NCBI RefSeq assembly: GCF_009914755.1
Contig: NC_060927.1
DNA from: the human T2T-CHM13v2.0 reference genome, Homo sapiens
DNA length: 64,000 nt
Reading direction: 5' to 3' (one strand)
Each line of letters opens with the position of its first letter. Within the stretch, counting starts at the first letter, position 1. Shown one piece after another: positions 51,001 to 64,000 of the stretch. The position numbers and the translations under genes were made by a program. A model generated the notes under the pieces. The model was not told the DNA's origin, did not search any database, and worked only from the letters and a program-made list of their open reading frames with translations.

Positions 51001-54000
51001 TTTGTTTTTTGTTTTCAATAAAAACAGTTCCCGGATTCATTGATTTTTTTGAACTTTTTTTTTGTGCGTGTGTATCTCTTTCAGTTCTGCTATGATCTTA
51101 GTTAATTCTTGTCTTCTGCTAGGTTTTGGATTTGTTTGCCTTGATTCTCTAGCTCTTTTAATTGTGATGTTAGGGTGTTGACTTGAGATTTTCTAGCTTT
51201 CTGATCTGGGTATTTAGTGCTATAAATTTCCCTCTTAACACTCTTTTAGCTGTGTCCCACAGATTCTGGTACGTTGTGTCTTTGTTCTCATTGGTTTCAA
51301 AGAACTTCTTAATTTCTGCCTAAATTTCATTATTTACCCATGATTCATTCAGGAGCAGGTTGTTCCATTTCCATGTAGTTGTGTGGTTTTGAGTGAGTTT
51401 CTTAATCCTGAGTTCTAATTTGATTGCACTGTGGTCTGCGAGACTGTTATGATTTCCATTCTTTTGCATTTGCTAAGGAGTGTTTTACTTCCAGGTACGT
51501 GGTTGATTTTAGAATCAGTGCCATGTCCACTGAAAAGAATGTATATTCTCTTGATTTGTGGTGGAGAATTCTGTCGATGTCTATTAGGTCCACTTGATTC
51601 AGAGCCTAGTTCAAGTCCTGAATATCCTTGTTAATTTTCAGTCTCGTTGTTCTGTCTAATATTGGCAGTGGGGTGTTGAAGTCTCCCACTATTATTGTGT
51701 GGGAGTCTAAGTCTCTTTTGTAGGTCTCTAAGAACATGTTTTATGAATCTGGGTACTCCCATATTGGGTGCATATATATTTAGGATAGTTACCTCTTCTT
51801 GCTGAATTGATCCCTTTACCATTATGTAATGCCCTTCTTTGTCTTTTTTGAACTTGGTTGGTTTAAAGTCTGTTTTGTCAGAGACTAGGATTGCAACCAC
51901 TGTTGGTTTTTTTTTTTTGTTGTTTTTTTTTTTTGCTTTCCATTTGCTTGGTAAATTTTCCTTCATCCTTTTATTTTAAGCCTATGTGTGTCTTTGCACA
52001 CGAGATGGGTCTCCTGAATACAGCATATCAATGGGTCTTGACTATCCAATTTGCCAGTCTGTGTCTTTTAATTTGGGTATTTAGCCCATTTACATTTAAG
52101 GTTAATATTTTATGTGTGAATTTGACCCTGTCATCAAGATGCTATCTGGTTATTTTGCATACTAGTTGATGCAGTTTCTTCATAGTGATATTGGCCTTTA
52201 CATTTTGGTGTGTTTTTGCAGTAGCTGGTACTGGATTTTCTTTTCCAAATTTAGTGCTTCCTTCAGCAGCTTTTGTAAGGCGGGCCTGGTGGTGATGAAA
52301 TCTCTCAGCATTTGCTTGTCTGTAAAGGATTTTAGTTCTTCTTCACTTATGAAGCTTAGTTTGGCTGGATATGAAATTCTGGGTTGAAAATTCTTTCCTT
52401 TAACAATGTTGAATATTGGCCCTCACTCTCTTCTGGTTTGTAGGGTTTCTGCTGAGAGGTCCACTGTTAGTCTGATGGGCTTCCCTTTGTAGGTGACCTG
52501 GTCTTTCTCTCTGGCTGCCCTTAACATTTTTTCCTATATTTCAACTGTGGACAATCTGATGATTATGTGTTGTGGGGTTGACATTCTCATGGAGTATCTT
52601 AGTGGTGTTCTCTGTATTTCCTGAATTTGCATGTTGCCCTGTCTTGCTAGGTTGGGGAAGTTCTCTTGGACAATATCCTGAAGTGTGTTTTCCAACTTGG
52701 TTCCCTATCTCTTTCAGGTACTCCAATCGATCATAGGCTTGATCTTTTAACATAGTTCCATATTTCTCTGAGGTTTTGTTCATTTCTTTTCATTCTTTTT
52801 TTCTTTAATCTTGTCTGCATGACTTATTTCAGCAAGATGGTCTTTAAACTCTGATATCCTTTCTTCTGCTTGGTCCATTCGGCTGTTGATACTTGTGTAT
52901 GCTTCATGAAGTTCTCATGCTGGGTTTTTCAGTTCCAATAGGTCATTTATGTTCCTCTCTAAATTGGTTATTCTAGTTAGCAGCTCTTGTAACTTTTTAT
53001 CAAGGTTCTTAGCTTCTTTGCATTGGGTTAGAACATGCTCCTTTAGCTCAGTAGAGCTTATTATTACCCACCTTCTGAAGCCTACTTCTGTCCATTTCTC
53101 CATTTCATCCACTGTTGAGTTCTGCACTGTTGCTGGAGAGGCATTGAGATCATTTGGAAGAGAAGATGCACTCTGACCTTTTGGGTTTTCAGTGTTTTCT
53201 CATAGATTCTTTCTCATCTTCATGAGTTTGCCTAATTTCAATCTTTGAGGCTGCTGACCCTTGGATGAGGTTTTTATGGGGACATTTTTTTTTTGTTGAT
53301 GCTGTTGTTGTTGCTTTCTGTTTGCTTTTCTTTCCGTGGTCAGGTCCCTCTTCTGTAGGGCTACTGCAGTTTGCTGGGGTTCACTTCAGGCCCTATTCAC
53401 CTGGTTTATTCTTGCGCCTGGAGATGCCACTTGAGGAGGCTGGAGAACAGCACAGATGGGTGCCGGCTCCTTCCTCTAGGATCTCTGATCTCAAGGGGCA
53501 CTGACCTGATGCCAGTAGGAATGCTCCTGTATAGGGTGTCTAACAACCCCTGTTGGAGGGTCTCACCCAGTTGGGTGCCATGAGGAGCAGGACCCCTTTA
53601 ACGAAGCACTTTGACTGTCCCTTGGTGGAGTGGGTGTGCTTCACTGGAGGAAAAACCATTCATCTGGGCTGCCCGGATTCCTCAGAACTAGCGGGAGGAA
53701 AGACTAAGTCTCCTGGTCTGTGGAGACTGTGGCCACCCCTACCCTAGGTGCTCAGGCCCAAGAAGATCAGGAGATCAGAGTTCTGTCCCAGAACCCCTGG
53801 CTGGAGTTGTTGGAATTCCTGCAGAGAGGCCCCACCCAGTGTGGAAGGAAGAGTCAGGGTAAGGCCCAAAGAGGCACTCTGGCCGCAGTCTGCCATAGCT
53901 GGTGTGTTGAGCTGTGGGGAATACTGCTTGGGACCAAGCCATCCAGCCCTCCCTGGCTCCACCAGGGGAAAAGCAAGGCCTGGAGCTATAGAGATGGCTG

Positions 54001-54538
54001 CTGCCCTTCCCCCACCCTGGAAGCTTAGTGTGTGAGGCAGCTATCAGTCCCAGTGTTGGCTGCTGCCCCTCCCACAAGGAGCACGAATGGCTTAGACATC
54101 AGGCAGCTGCAGCTGTGGTTCTGGCCGCCCCTCCCTCCAGGCTTAAGCAGATTGTAGCTGACTGGCTGTTGAGAATCTGAGTGGCTCTGTGGTTGGGACC
54201 CTAGGCCCCGGTGGCATGAGCTCACAAATTGGATCTTCTGATCCACAGGTTGCACAGTGCTGTGGAAAAAGCACAGTTTCCCAGGCTGGGTAGCATGCTC
54301 ACTCACCACCTCCCTTGGCTGGGGGATGGGGACTCCCCTGCCCCGTGTGGCTCTCAGGTGGGCCGCTGCACCACACTGCTCTTCCTTCCTCTTTGTGGGT
54401 TATGCCAGCGTCCTAGTCAGTTCTGATGACAGAGCCTGGATACCTCCGTTGCCAGTGCAGGATTCGCACACTGCTATGGTTCTTTTCGAAGGGAGCCTCC
54501 ATCATCACTGCTTCTAGTCGGCCATCTTGGCCTCGCCC
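48084..54538 (-). mobile_element. Full-length L1 (L1PA7/PA8-like), inactive
   Basis: Minus strand 5' end GGGCGAGGCCAAGATGGCCGACTAGAAGCAG; ORF1/ORF2 fragments in the ORF track; 19-bp TSD TTCCTTAAGATAT(A/T)TTTCT at 48065-48083 and 54539-54557. Confidence 0.93.
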
Positions 54539-55354
54539 TTCCTTAAGATATTTTTCTACACTTTGTTATGAAAAGGTTTAAACTGTTTTCTAAGATTTTA
54601 TTTCAGTTTTATGTATCTACCTTTATGTATCTACCTTCATAATATACCAGTGCTTATGTTTTTCTTTCAGTTATGCTCTAGTTAAGACTGAGAGCTAAGA
54701 CCAGATGGTTTTTTCTCAATAAAGAAAACCAAGCAATACACCATGATTTTTATATTTTGGAGAAATACTTGTAACATAAAAGTTATTCATCTCTAGAAAG
54801 TTTAGAAAAATTCCATGCAGTTTATTTTTGAGGTTTCTTTTTTATTGTTCTTGTCACGTCCTCTCTTTGATGCTGTCATTTTTGCTATGTTGGGTTTTTT
54901 TAAAGTAGTTTTCCATTTCCAGTTGGAAATAAACTTTGTATTTCTTAAGTATAGTATTTTGCCTGTCTATTGTATAACCTTTTTCTACCTCTTATTTAAT
55001 GACATATCATATCCTATCTTTTATTAATTAGGTGATTTTTGTCTAACCAGAGATTTAAATAACCTGATTTCATTAGCTTTCAAATTATGTTTACTTCTGC
55101 TCTTTATTTATTGCCTCTTTCTGGGTTCCTTTTTTGCTCTTTATTATAGATAGAAATACAGTGGCAGTGTTTACATTTCATCTGTTTTACAAATGGAAAC
55201 ACCTTGGTCAATACGCTACTCCTTAAGGAAGATTTGGTGAAAAGGCCTACCTTCTGTGTAAGGTTATGTTTTTATTTTTATTTTTTATCATTTCTTTTCC
55301 AACATTTAATATGACAATTTTCAAACACTCAGAAGAGAAATTGAAAGAATTTAA

Positions 55355-55778
<424 letters not shown>

Positions 55779-55879
55779 TAATCCCTAAACATTTTAGCAT
55801 GCATTTTAGTAAACAGAGTACGGTATTTATTTTTGCTCCTGCTCTTTTTGAGGTAAATTTATATACAATGAAAGATAAA

Positions 55880-56013
55880 AATATCATATATATAAGTATA
55901 TATCATATATAAATATATCTATGATATATATAAATATATCTATGATATATATAAATATATCTGATATATATAAATATATCTATTAAATATATATCATATA
56001 TAAATGTATATAT

Positions 56014-56088
<75 letters not shown>
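55880..56088. repeat. AT-rich minisatellite with (CA)n and (TA)n
   Basis: TATATAAATATATCTATGA units followed by (CA)n and (TA)n. Confidence 0.85.
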
Positions 56089-56090
<2 letters not shown>

Positions 56091-56478
56091 AGGGGAATTT
56101 ATAAAGTATTAACTCACACAATCACAAGGTCCCACAATAGGTCATCTGCAGGCTGAGGAGCAAGGAGGGCCAGTTTGAGTTCCAAAACTGAAGAACTTGG
56201 ACTCCAATGTTCAAAGGCAGGAAACATCCAGCTCAGGAGAAAGATGTAGGCTGGGAGGCTAGGCCAGTCTCTCTTTTCACATTTTTCTGCCTGCTTATAT
56301 TCTAGCCATGCTGGCAGCTGACTAGATTGTGCCCACCCAGATTAAGGCCGTGTCTGCATTTCCCAGCCCACTGATTCAAATGTTAATCTCCTTTGGCAAC
56401 ACCCTCACAGACACACCCAGGATCAATACTTTGTATCCTTGAATCCAGTCAGATTGACATTCAGTATTAAGCATCACA
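56089..56478 (-). mobile_element. MLT2A (HERV-L) LTR, partial
   Basis: Minus strand starts TGTGATGCTTAATACTGAATGTC; plus strand AACTCACACAATCACAAGGTCCCACAATAGG. Confidence 0.85.
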
Positions 56479-57506
56479 CTTAGGCAACCCCAACCCTATC
56501 TCTATCAAGTTTCAGAAAATTACTATCATCACCTCCCAAAAAGTTTTCTGGTGCCTCTTTCCAGTAAATCCCAGTCCCATGGCCACAGATCCAGCCTTTG
56601 CTCAAATGATTCCACAATAAATTTGTGTTTCTAGTAGTTAGTAGTTAGAAATCTTTTAATTTGCCCAGGTTTTCATCACAAATCAAAGTGTTGTTTGATA
56701 AAATACTGTTAAATTTCAATAATAGGAGCAATGTTGTAGTAGTTTATAGTCTAAAGCATTTCAAATGTCGTAAACTATCTGATTTGATACTCCCCTACCC
56801 CCACCAAGCAAATTTATTTTACAGATGAAGACCTGATTACAGATGAACATCTGAGGCTGGTAGAGGTGGAAAAACACATTTGAGTGCAGTCAGAACCTAA
56901 TCCCAGATTTGAAGATTCTGAAGCCAATGCTCTTTTCTGTTATTTCATATAGTGTAGTGTTCTAATTTTATTTTATTATGAAATGAGAATGCACAGATTG
57001 GCCATAAAATATAGAAACATAGATAAAGTTTCTTTTTTTTTTTAACAAAATGAACCTACTTATTTTTCTCCATAATGTGCCAAAAAAGAAATTTTACTCA
57101 GTAAAAATGAGACACATGACGTGAGCCAGCACATCGCAGACACATGTGCAGGTTTGATGGAAATACCGTGTGGATGGACGGTCTTCACGGTGGTTTTGCA
57201 CAGCACCTTGACCTATGCATTGCTAGTGAGGCATAACGCACAGGACATGTCACTAATGTTATGAAACATGTCATGCATTACAAGGTGATATCAATAATGT
57301 ATATATATATTTGAATCTGTTTCTAAGTTTCACAGAAATTCTATAGCATTTACACCTCTGACTATTAAGATTATATTAAGAGCAACTTTCCTTGCCATAA
57401 TATAAATAATGTTTATAAGTGATTTTTATGAATACAAAATGATTTTACTTTACACGTATCAGTTATTTTCCTGTGTCAACCCAAATAAACCTCTAGAGAT
57501 GTCTAC

Positions 57507-57648
57507 CAGTGGCTAAATTTTGTATCTTTTGTAGAGCCAGGGTTTCGCCATGTTGCTGGGGCTGGTCTCCAACTCCTGGCCTCAAGCAATCCGCCCACCT
57601 CTGCCTTCCAAAGTGCTGAGATTACAGGCAAGAGCCACTGTGCCTGGC
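57507..57648 (-). mobile_element. Alu left monomer
   Basis: GGCTAAATTTTGTATC...GCCACTGTGCCTGGC. Confidence 0.85.
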
Positions 57649-59295
57649 AAAATTTGATTAATACTGATTTTAGTTTAAAACATGGTAGAAATGAAGTATA
57701 TAAATGTCGACTTTGGCTTACAAGTAAATTTAATAAGCTACTTCTCATTCAGCATCTGATTGGAAGAGGTGATGCACCTTCCCCATAGATCTGTGATTAT
57801 TTTACTTTACACAGAGCATTGGGCAAATATAAATTTCTCTGCAACTTCAAGAAATACCACTAGATGAGGATGAAGAAATTGCATCATATAAATCCCCAAG
57901 AGAAGGATAACAGAAATGGAGAAAAAGAGATCTACATGGTTTTGGAATATAGTAAGACTTGAGAAAGCTGAAACAGCACATGCCTATTAACGGCTAGAAA
58001 ACATGGCCATAGAAAAACCAGATTGTCTTAGGAGTTTGATATGCAAGGTTTTTTGAAACTCAGTGGTATTCAGACAGTGGGTAAGCTACTTAGGAAAAAT
58101 CAATCAATGCTGTTAACTGTTGGCTTGGTTCCAATATTTTGCCGAAATGGGCATATCTGATGCCATGGTATTTAAAAGCAAGCAGTGCAAGTAGCCTGGA
58201 GCTGTGGTGATTCAGCACATACATTCTCAGTTAATTTTCTGTTATCTGTCTTTCATGGGCCTGTTGTCACCAAGACCGGTGACCACTTATTTATTTTAAT
58301 TTATCCTGAAAATTCATATCCAGTCTTCTGTAAATTTAATATCTTATGAATGTTTTCATCAAATCCCTCTGTCTTTACACCCCGCCCCCTCCACCTAACC
58401 ATTGTTTCTGTGTGTGTCCGTGTCCTGATCACCTCTTCTTATAAATACTACAGTCACATTGGATTAGGGCATACCCTAGTGACCTCATTTTAACTTAGTT
58501 TTTTCTTTAAAGATTCGCTCTCCAAATGCAATCACATTCTGATGTACTGGGGATTAAGAATTCAGCATGTGAATTTGGTGGTGGTGGTGAATTCAGCCCC
58601 TAAAAGGAAGAAAAGATAATCAATTCACCAATGAAAGTAGGTGTATTTCCACACATAAAGGCCCTACTAAGTGCCCAGCACATTCAATAAAAAATACTTA
58701 CCCTAAGGTATATTAACACCAAACTTAAAACCAGTAGGGGAAGAGAAACTAGATGCAAGGTGCAAAAATTATTGCTTGTAAAAGACCGAATGGCACTGAA
58801 TTTTTTTAATTATTATTAGAGATGAGGGTCTTACTATGTTGCCCAGGCTGTTGTCTTTTTTGTTTTGTTTTTTGACACAGAGTCTCCCTCTGACTCAAAC
58901 TCCTAGGCTCAAGTGATACTACTGCCTCCCAAGTAGCTGAGACTATAGGCATGGACCACTGCACCCAACATGGCATTGAACTTAGCAAAGGTTTGAGAGC
59001 TTAAATACAATGGAAGTTGCTTTTTAAAATTCTGAAGTAGAATCATTTTCAATCAAACATTTACCTTCTGAGGTACGTGTATATATATCTATATATGTGT
59101 GTGTATATATGTATATACACACACACACATTGGTAGTTACAATACATTGGTAGATACTGAATGGAGATCCAACAAAAATTGCAATCTAATTTTGTAGGGA
59201 TGATGAAAGAAGATGTTGTGTTTAAATATCTATAAGAGGTTATATACTTATCTTGAAAAGAAAGTCAAACAATAGCACCTAAAATTGAAAAATTA

Positions 59296-59531
59296 ACCGA
59301 GGCAGGTGGATCACCTGAGGTCGAGTTCGAGACCAGCCTGACCAACGTGGCGAAACCCCGTCTCTACTAAAAATACAAAAGTTAGCCTGGCATGGTGGCG
59401 GGTACCTGTAAGCCCAGCTACTTGGGAGGCTGAGGCAGAAGACTCGCTTGCAGAGGTTGCAGTGAGTTGAAATCGTGCCATTGTACTCCAGCCTGGGCAA
59501 CAAGAGTGAAACTCTGTCTCAAAAAAAAAAA
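59296..59531 (+). mobile_element. Alu, 5'-truncated with internal deletion
   Basis: CCGAGGCAGGTGGATCACCTGAGG...poly-A. Confidence 0.9.
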
Positions 59532-62500
59532 TTTTTTCAAATTTAGAATTAGGGAAATACATACTAGTGTTTTCTTATCTACACATACTGTATATATAAT
59601 ATATACAGACAGTCCTGTTCAAACATATTTTGAAATAGTATCTGTGCAAAGTACTCTTCTGGCCATGACCAGGGGTAGGGTACAATATAATATATGTGAT
59701 ATAATCCTTGGCATTAAAAATGTCTATTCACATATAGTTATCAATTGTCTTAAACTCAAAATTTTTGATTGTATAATTGTATTTAGATGTCTACATCAGT
59801 GGTACTAACATAAGTATTGGCATTTAGCAGCAGAAGATATTATTGCCAGCTAATATTCCAATGTAGGATTTGAAACTTGAAGAATAGACAGAATTTTGAC
59901 TGGAAGTGAGGGAGAAAGAATTCCCCATTTGTGGGGGGAATTTTATCATGGATTAAAGAAAAAAAGAGTGTACCATCCAACATGTAGTTGAGACTAAGTA
60001 TGCAAAAGAAGAAACATAGTTGGTTAGAAAGATGGAGTGTGATAGATTGGTTGGGCTTCTTGAAAGTTAAAGGATTTATACTTAATCCTCATATAGTAGG
60101 TAGCTGCTGAAAGTTTTTAAATAGGAGAATATATGATAAAAGGGGTTGCTTTAAGTTTCTTAAAATTTATTTTGAGGATAATTTGAGCTAGAAATGAGAA
60201 TCTTACTAATTTTTTATTAATACATGATTGCCCATATTTGGGGGATACATGTGATATTTTGACACATGCTTATAATGTGCAGTGATATGAGAAAATCTAA
60301 ATCAAAATGAGAAAGTGGAAAAAAGGTGTGTGTGAGTGTATTTGTGTGTATAAAAAGACAGATTCTTTCAGAATGCAAATATCATTCCATCCCATTTTTA
60401 CTTAAAACATTTCTATTGTTTCCTCTGCCTTCATAATATGAATGTCTTTAACTGTTCCCACATGGTCTTGCACTAGGCAGCCCTGAATGTGAGAGCCCAG
60501 TCTCTCATAAATTGCTGTACTTTGAAGAGTGAATTTTAAAATGTTATTTCTAACCTATGTTATTTCTTATATTCAGCCAATAGAAAAGCAGCACCAACAG
60601 AAACAAATTTATTATTTAAGGAATTAAATAGTATATTTAATAAAGAGTTTAAATATATCAATTTTTGACTGTAGAGTTGAGAGTTTAACATAAAAGTTGT
60701 TTGGAATGTTATGTTGCAGTTGATATAAAAACATTGGTCAAAGTTTTTATTTTTGTCAAATAAATAAAAATACTCAATGCTTTAAATCAGTATGATTTGC
60801 TGAAGTTTATCATATGTCCTTTGGAACTTCTAATTAATGTATCCAAGAGTTTAATTCTGAAACTTACAGAACAAAGAAAAATGCTTTTAAAAATATGAAA
60901 CAGAAAAGTAAACCTAAGATTCAGTTTAATAGCATTTCCATTTAATTCAAGTAACATTTATTGGGCTCTATGTGCCCATAATATGAGAGGTGCTCTAGAA
61001 CTTTAACAATGACAAAATTAAACTTACTATATTCATACAGCAGAATGTGTTATTTGCCCTATTAAAAAGTGCTAAGAGAAGGCTAAGCTTTGAATTAGTT
61101 AAGAGGAGGAAAGGTTAAGAGCACAGTACAAAATAGTAGCCAATAAGACAATTATTAACACATTTCCTCTAGAAAATAAATAACAGAGTTCATAAATCAA
61201 GGTTCTGTAATGTTGAATGGAAAATAATTTGTATCTGCAATTCCGTCTGTGTGTGTAAATATATTGCTGCAAAATGAATCAGAAAAGTGGGACATTTTAA
61301 AACAGTTAATAGATTTCTCTATGAGTCTGGCCAAGAATCAACATCAAATAAATTATATCTTGGGCCATGAATGTCATAAGAACAAATATGCATGAATTAT
61401 GCACTTGTTGCTCAAGTTGAGCTAACAGGAGCTCTACTCTAGCTAACATCTTCCATACTTCCCCACCCACACGCTCTGTATCCAAACATATGCATGAAGA
61501 CTTGGGCCACACAATTATCATGAACAAATATTTATAGAGAAAAAAAGACTTTTCTTCTCTTGATATGGAGAAAGAGACTGCAATGATTAATCCAATTTGA
61601 AATAAGACCCAAGAGGGATAGGAAAAAATTGAGTTAACAGTATAAAACTAAAATTGTAAAAGAAAAACAATACAATGACCTGCCCCTACCTATAAAATAT
61701 TTTTAAATACGGGAAAGATTAATCAGTTGTGCCTCTTTCTCTAGGTTTTATTTCTAGGTAGCAGTACTCATAAGTTTACTTTTTAAAAAGGTTAGATGTA
61801 TTTGAATTCTCCTTTCAACAGCCCTTAAAGTATAGAGACCAAACAATGAAGAGAGCCAGACATTCTGGGTGTCAGGGATGGTAAGAAATCCTGTCTGGAA
61901 AAAGGAATGGAGGCAGGAAATAACACAGACATAGAATGGAGTAGGTGTTCATTTATCATTGTCCAGCTGGCTCCCTTGAAGTTAAGTAAGGTAAAATTAA
62001 TCAGTAACTTGCCCATTAAAGAGTTAGCATTAGGATTAAAACAACTACAGCAAGTCCAGATGTCCTGAATCTCCTGGTTACAAATACTCCAATTTCCTGT
62101 TAGGCTAGGCAGAAACTATGGTAGTGATATTTCTGGAAGCAGAGTGCCTAGAACAAAAACCCAGTTCTATCTTTTACTGTCTCGGTCACTTTGAGTAAGT
62201 TACTTAAGCATGCTAAGTCTCTGTTTCCCTATCTATAAAACATGGATACTCTATTAAATTTGAACTTATTTTCAGAAATTAAAATATTGTAAATAAAGTG
62301 AACGGCACTTAAGTCATAAAATGAAGGAATCATAACAATTTCAGAACTGATTGAATGTGCAGGGGAGATAGGGAAGAGAAATCAATGATGTCTGCTATCC
62401 TCTTAGATTAGATAACCAGATAAATGATGATGCCATTCATCAATATAAGGGAAACAAAGAGTACAAGTATGGTGTGCACGTGAGCTGAGGAACGGTGTGG

Positions 62501-63163
62501 AGAAGAGAAAGATGATTCTAGCTTTAGGCATATTGTGATTAAGGTGCCTGTTTATAAGGTATACTTTTAACTACCTACTTCATCCATATCCCTTTCTAAG
62601 GAAAACTACATTCATATACCATACTACTCTATGCCCTGCCTACAACTTAGTCAGAGCCACAGAACTAGCTGGGAAATGTAAGCTTGAACAATTAGACCAC
62701 TCATTCAAAAACTGGGAGTTAAGTCATTTAAGCTAAGAAGTGCTGAAGGAACATGCAATCCTATTGGCTAAGAGAACCATTTGAAGCCCTGCAGAAATGG
62801 GTAAGCTAAGAAAGCCACTAGAGAAAGAATAATGAAGTAAATATTGTGATGATAGACGAATGATAGATAGATGGGGCGAGGGAATATACAGACAGGTAGA
62901 CTAGATAGATAGACACTAGTTTCCATTCATTAATTGCCAGCTTTTAAAATTCTAGCTTTTCAATGAAGTCTAAATGTACTTACATTTATGTTTTCATTCA
63001 TACGATAAGCCTCTTTTGTGAATAGATATGTCCTGACTATAATACTGTGGGTGTATCTACCTATTTAGTTGGTATTTCTTATTTTCTATAATCCCAACAC
63101 ACTCTAATACAGTTATTACTACATATGGTCAACAAAAATCACAGATGATCAATTTTAGCAAGC

Positions 63164-63255
63164 TTGGGATGATGATATTGCAGAGAAGTTCACATCACAA
63201 TTATGAACTTTGGGATGATGATATTGCAGAGAAGTTCATATCGCAATTATGAACT
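63164..63255. repeat. Tandem duplication, period 46 bp
   Basis: TTGGGATGATGATATTGCAGAGAAGTTCA(C/T)ATC(A/G)CAATTATGAACT x2. Confidence 0.92.
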
Positions 63256-63331
63256 TTATACTTAGATATGTATGTTCCTCATATCAGCGTAGGCCTGACA
63301 TGAAGGGCCATGTTTATTTCACAGATTAGAA

Positions 63332-63622
63332 TTTTTTTTTTTTTTTAGACAGGGTCTCATTCTGTCACCCAGGCTGGAGTGCAGTGGTGCAATCTTGGCT
63401 CACTGCCACCTCTGACTCCCAGGCTCAAGAGATCCTCCCACCTCAGTGTCCTGAGTAACTGGGACTACAGGCATACACCACCTGACTAATTTTTGTATTT
63501 TTAGTAAGGACAGGCTTTGATCATGTTGACCAGGCTGGTTTCAAACTCCTGACTTCAAGTGATCCACCTGCCTCGGCCTCCCAAAGTGCTGGGATTATAG
63601 GTGTGAGCCACCGTGACCAGCC
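63332..63622 (-). mobile_element. Alu (J/S-like), full length
   Basis: Alu in reverse; TSD ACAGATTAGAA. Confidence 0.93.
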
Positions 63623-64000
63623 AACAGATTAGAAAATTATATGTCACTGAGTCTAATCCCCCTACCAGAAACCCAAGAAACTGCATCACTAAACAGACAC
63701 TTTGCTTCTGAAAACACTTACAATATAATGCTATACAAAGTTTAATTAAAAAAACACATCAAAGATATAAACTATAATGTTCTTGGAAACCAAGAGTCAC
63801 AGAATGATTTTACATTATTCTAAGTCCCATATTTAGTATTACCATGTCAATTAGTCTTTGAGAAAAGGTGAGAGTCTTCTATTAAAAGTCTAACTACATT
63901 TACACCCTCAGTTCAATTCCTCTGTGGGTGGAAACTGAGAGTTTCAGGTACACTATTAAGGAAATTTTTAAGGCAGAGACTTGTTTCACTCATCTATCTT

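Noticed and set aside
57141-57236. Peptide DGLHGGFAQHLDLCIA resembling the AADAC catalytic-His motif DGFHGAF
   Set aside because: Similarity limited to ~7 residues with no upstream alignment to exon 5; likely chance (tBLASTn would settle it)
63164-63255. Direct repeats here and at 6100-6148 as a CRISPR-like array
   Set aside because: Only two adjacent copies with no spacer series; eukaryotic DNA with no cas genes

Overview
Human (primate) genomic DNA containing the complete 5-exon AADAC gene (arylacetamide deacetylase, + strand, CDS 15814-29992, 399 aa, HGGG and GDSAG motifs; this haplotype encodes Ile281). AADAC is known to lie at 3q25.1. Directly upstream, in the same orientation, is a 7.9-kb tRNA-Phe-primed HERV-F/H-type provirus (5' LTR 7394-7787, gag, pro, pol, partial env). 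It carries an antisense HML-type solo LTR inside pro-pol, and it has lost its 3' LTR by fusion to an Alu tail only ~490 bp before the AADAC ATG. Further upstream are an orphan, pseudogenised copy of AADAC exon 2 and a near-identical 270-bp inverted duplication. The remainder is repeat-rich intergenic DNA: Alus including a chimeric AluYa5, THE1/MLT2/MER4-group LTRs, a full-length L1PA7/8-like element, and hAT and Tigger DNA transposons. Best leads: (1) a possible LTR-driven chimeric AADAC transcript; (2) a two-transmembrane micro-ORF between proviral pol and env; (3) a cluster of template-switch duplication scars. Repeat subfamily names come from recalled consensus sequences and need RepeatMasker/Dfam confirmation.
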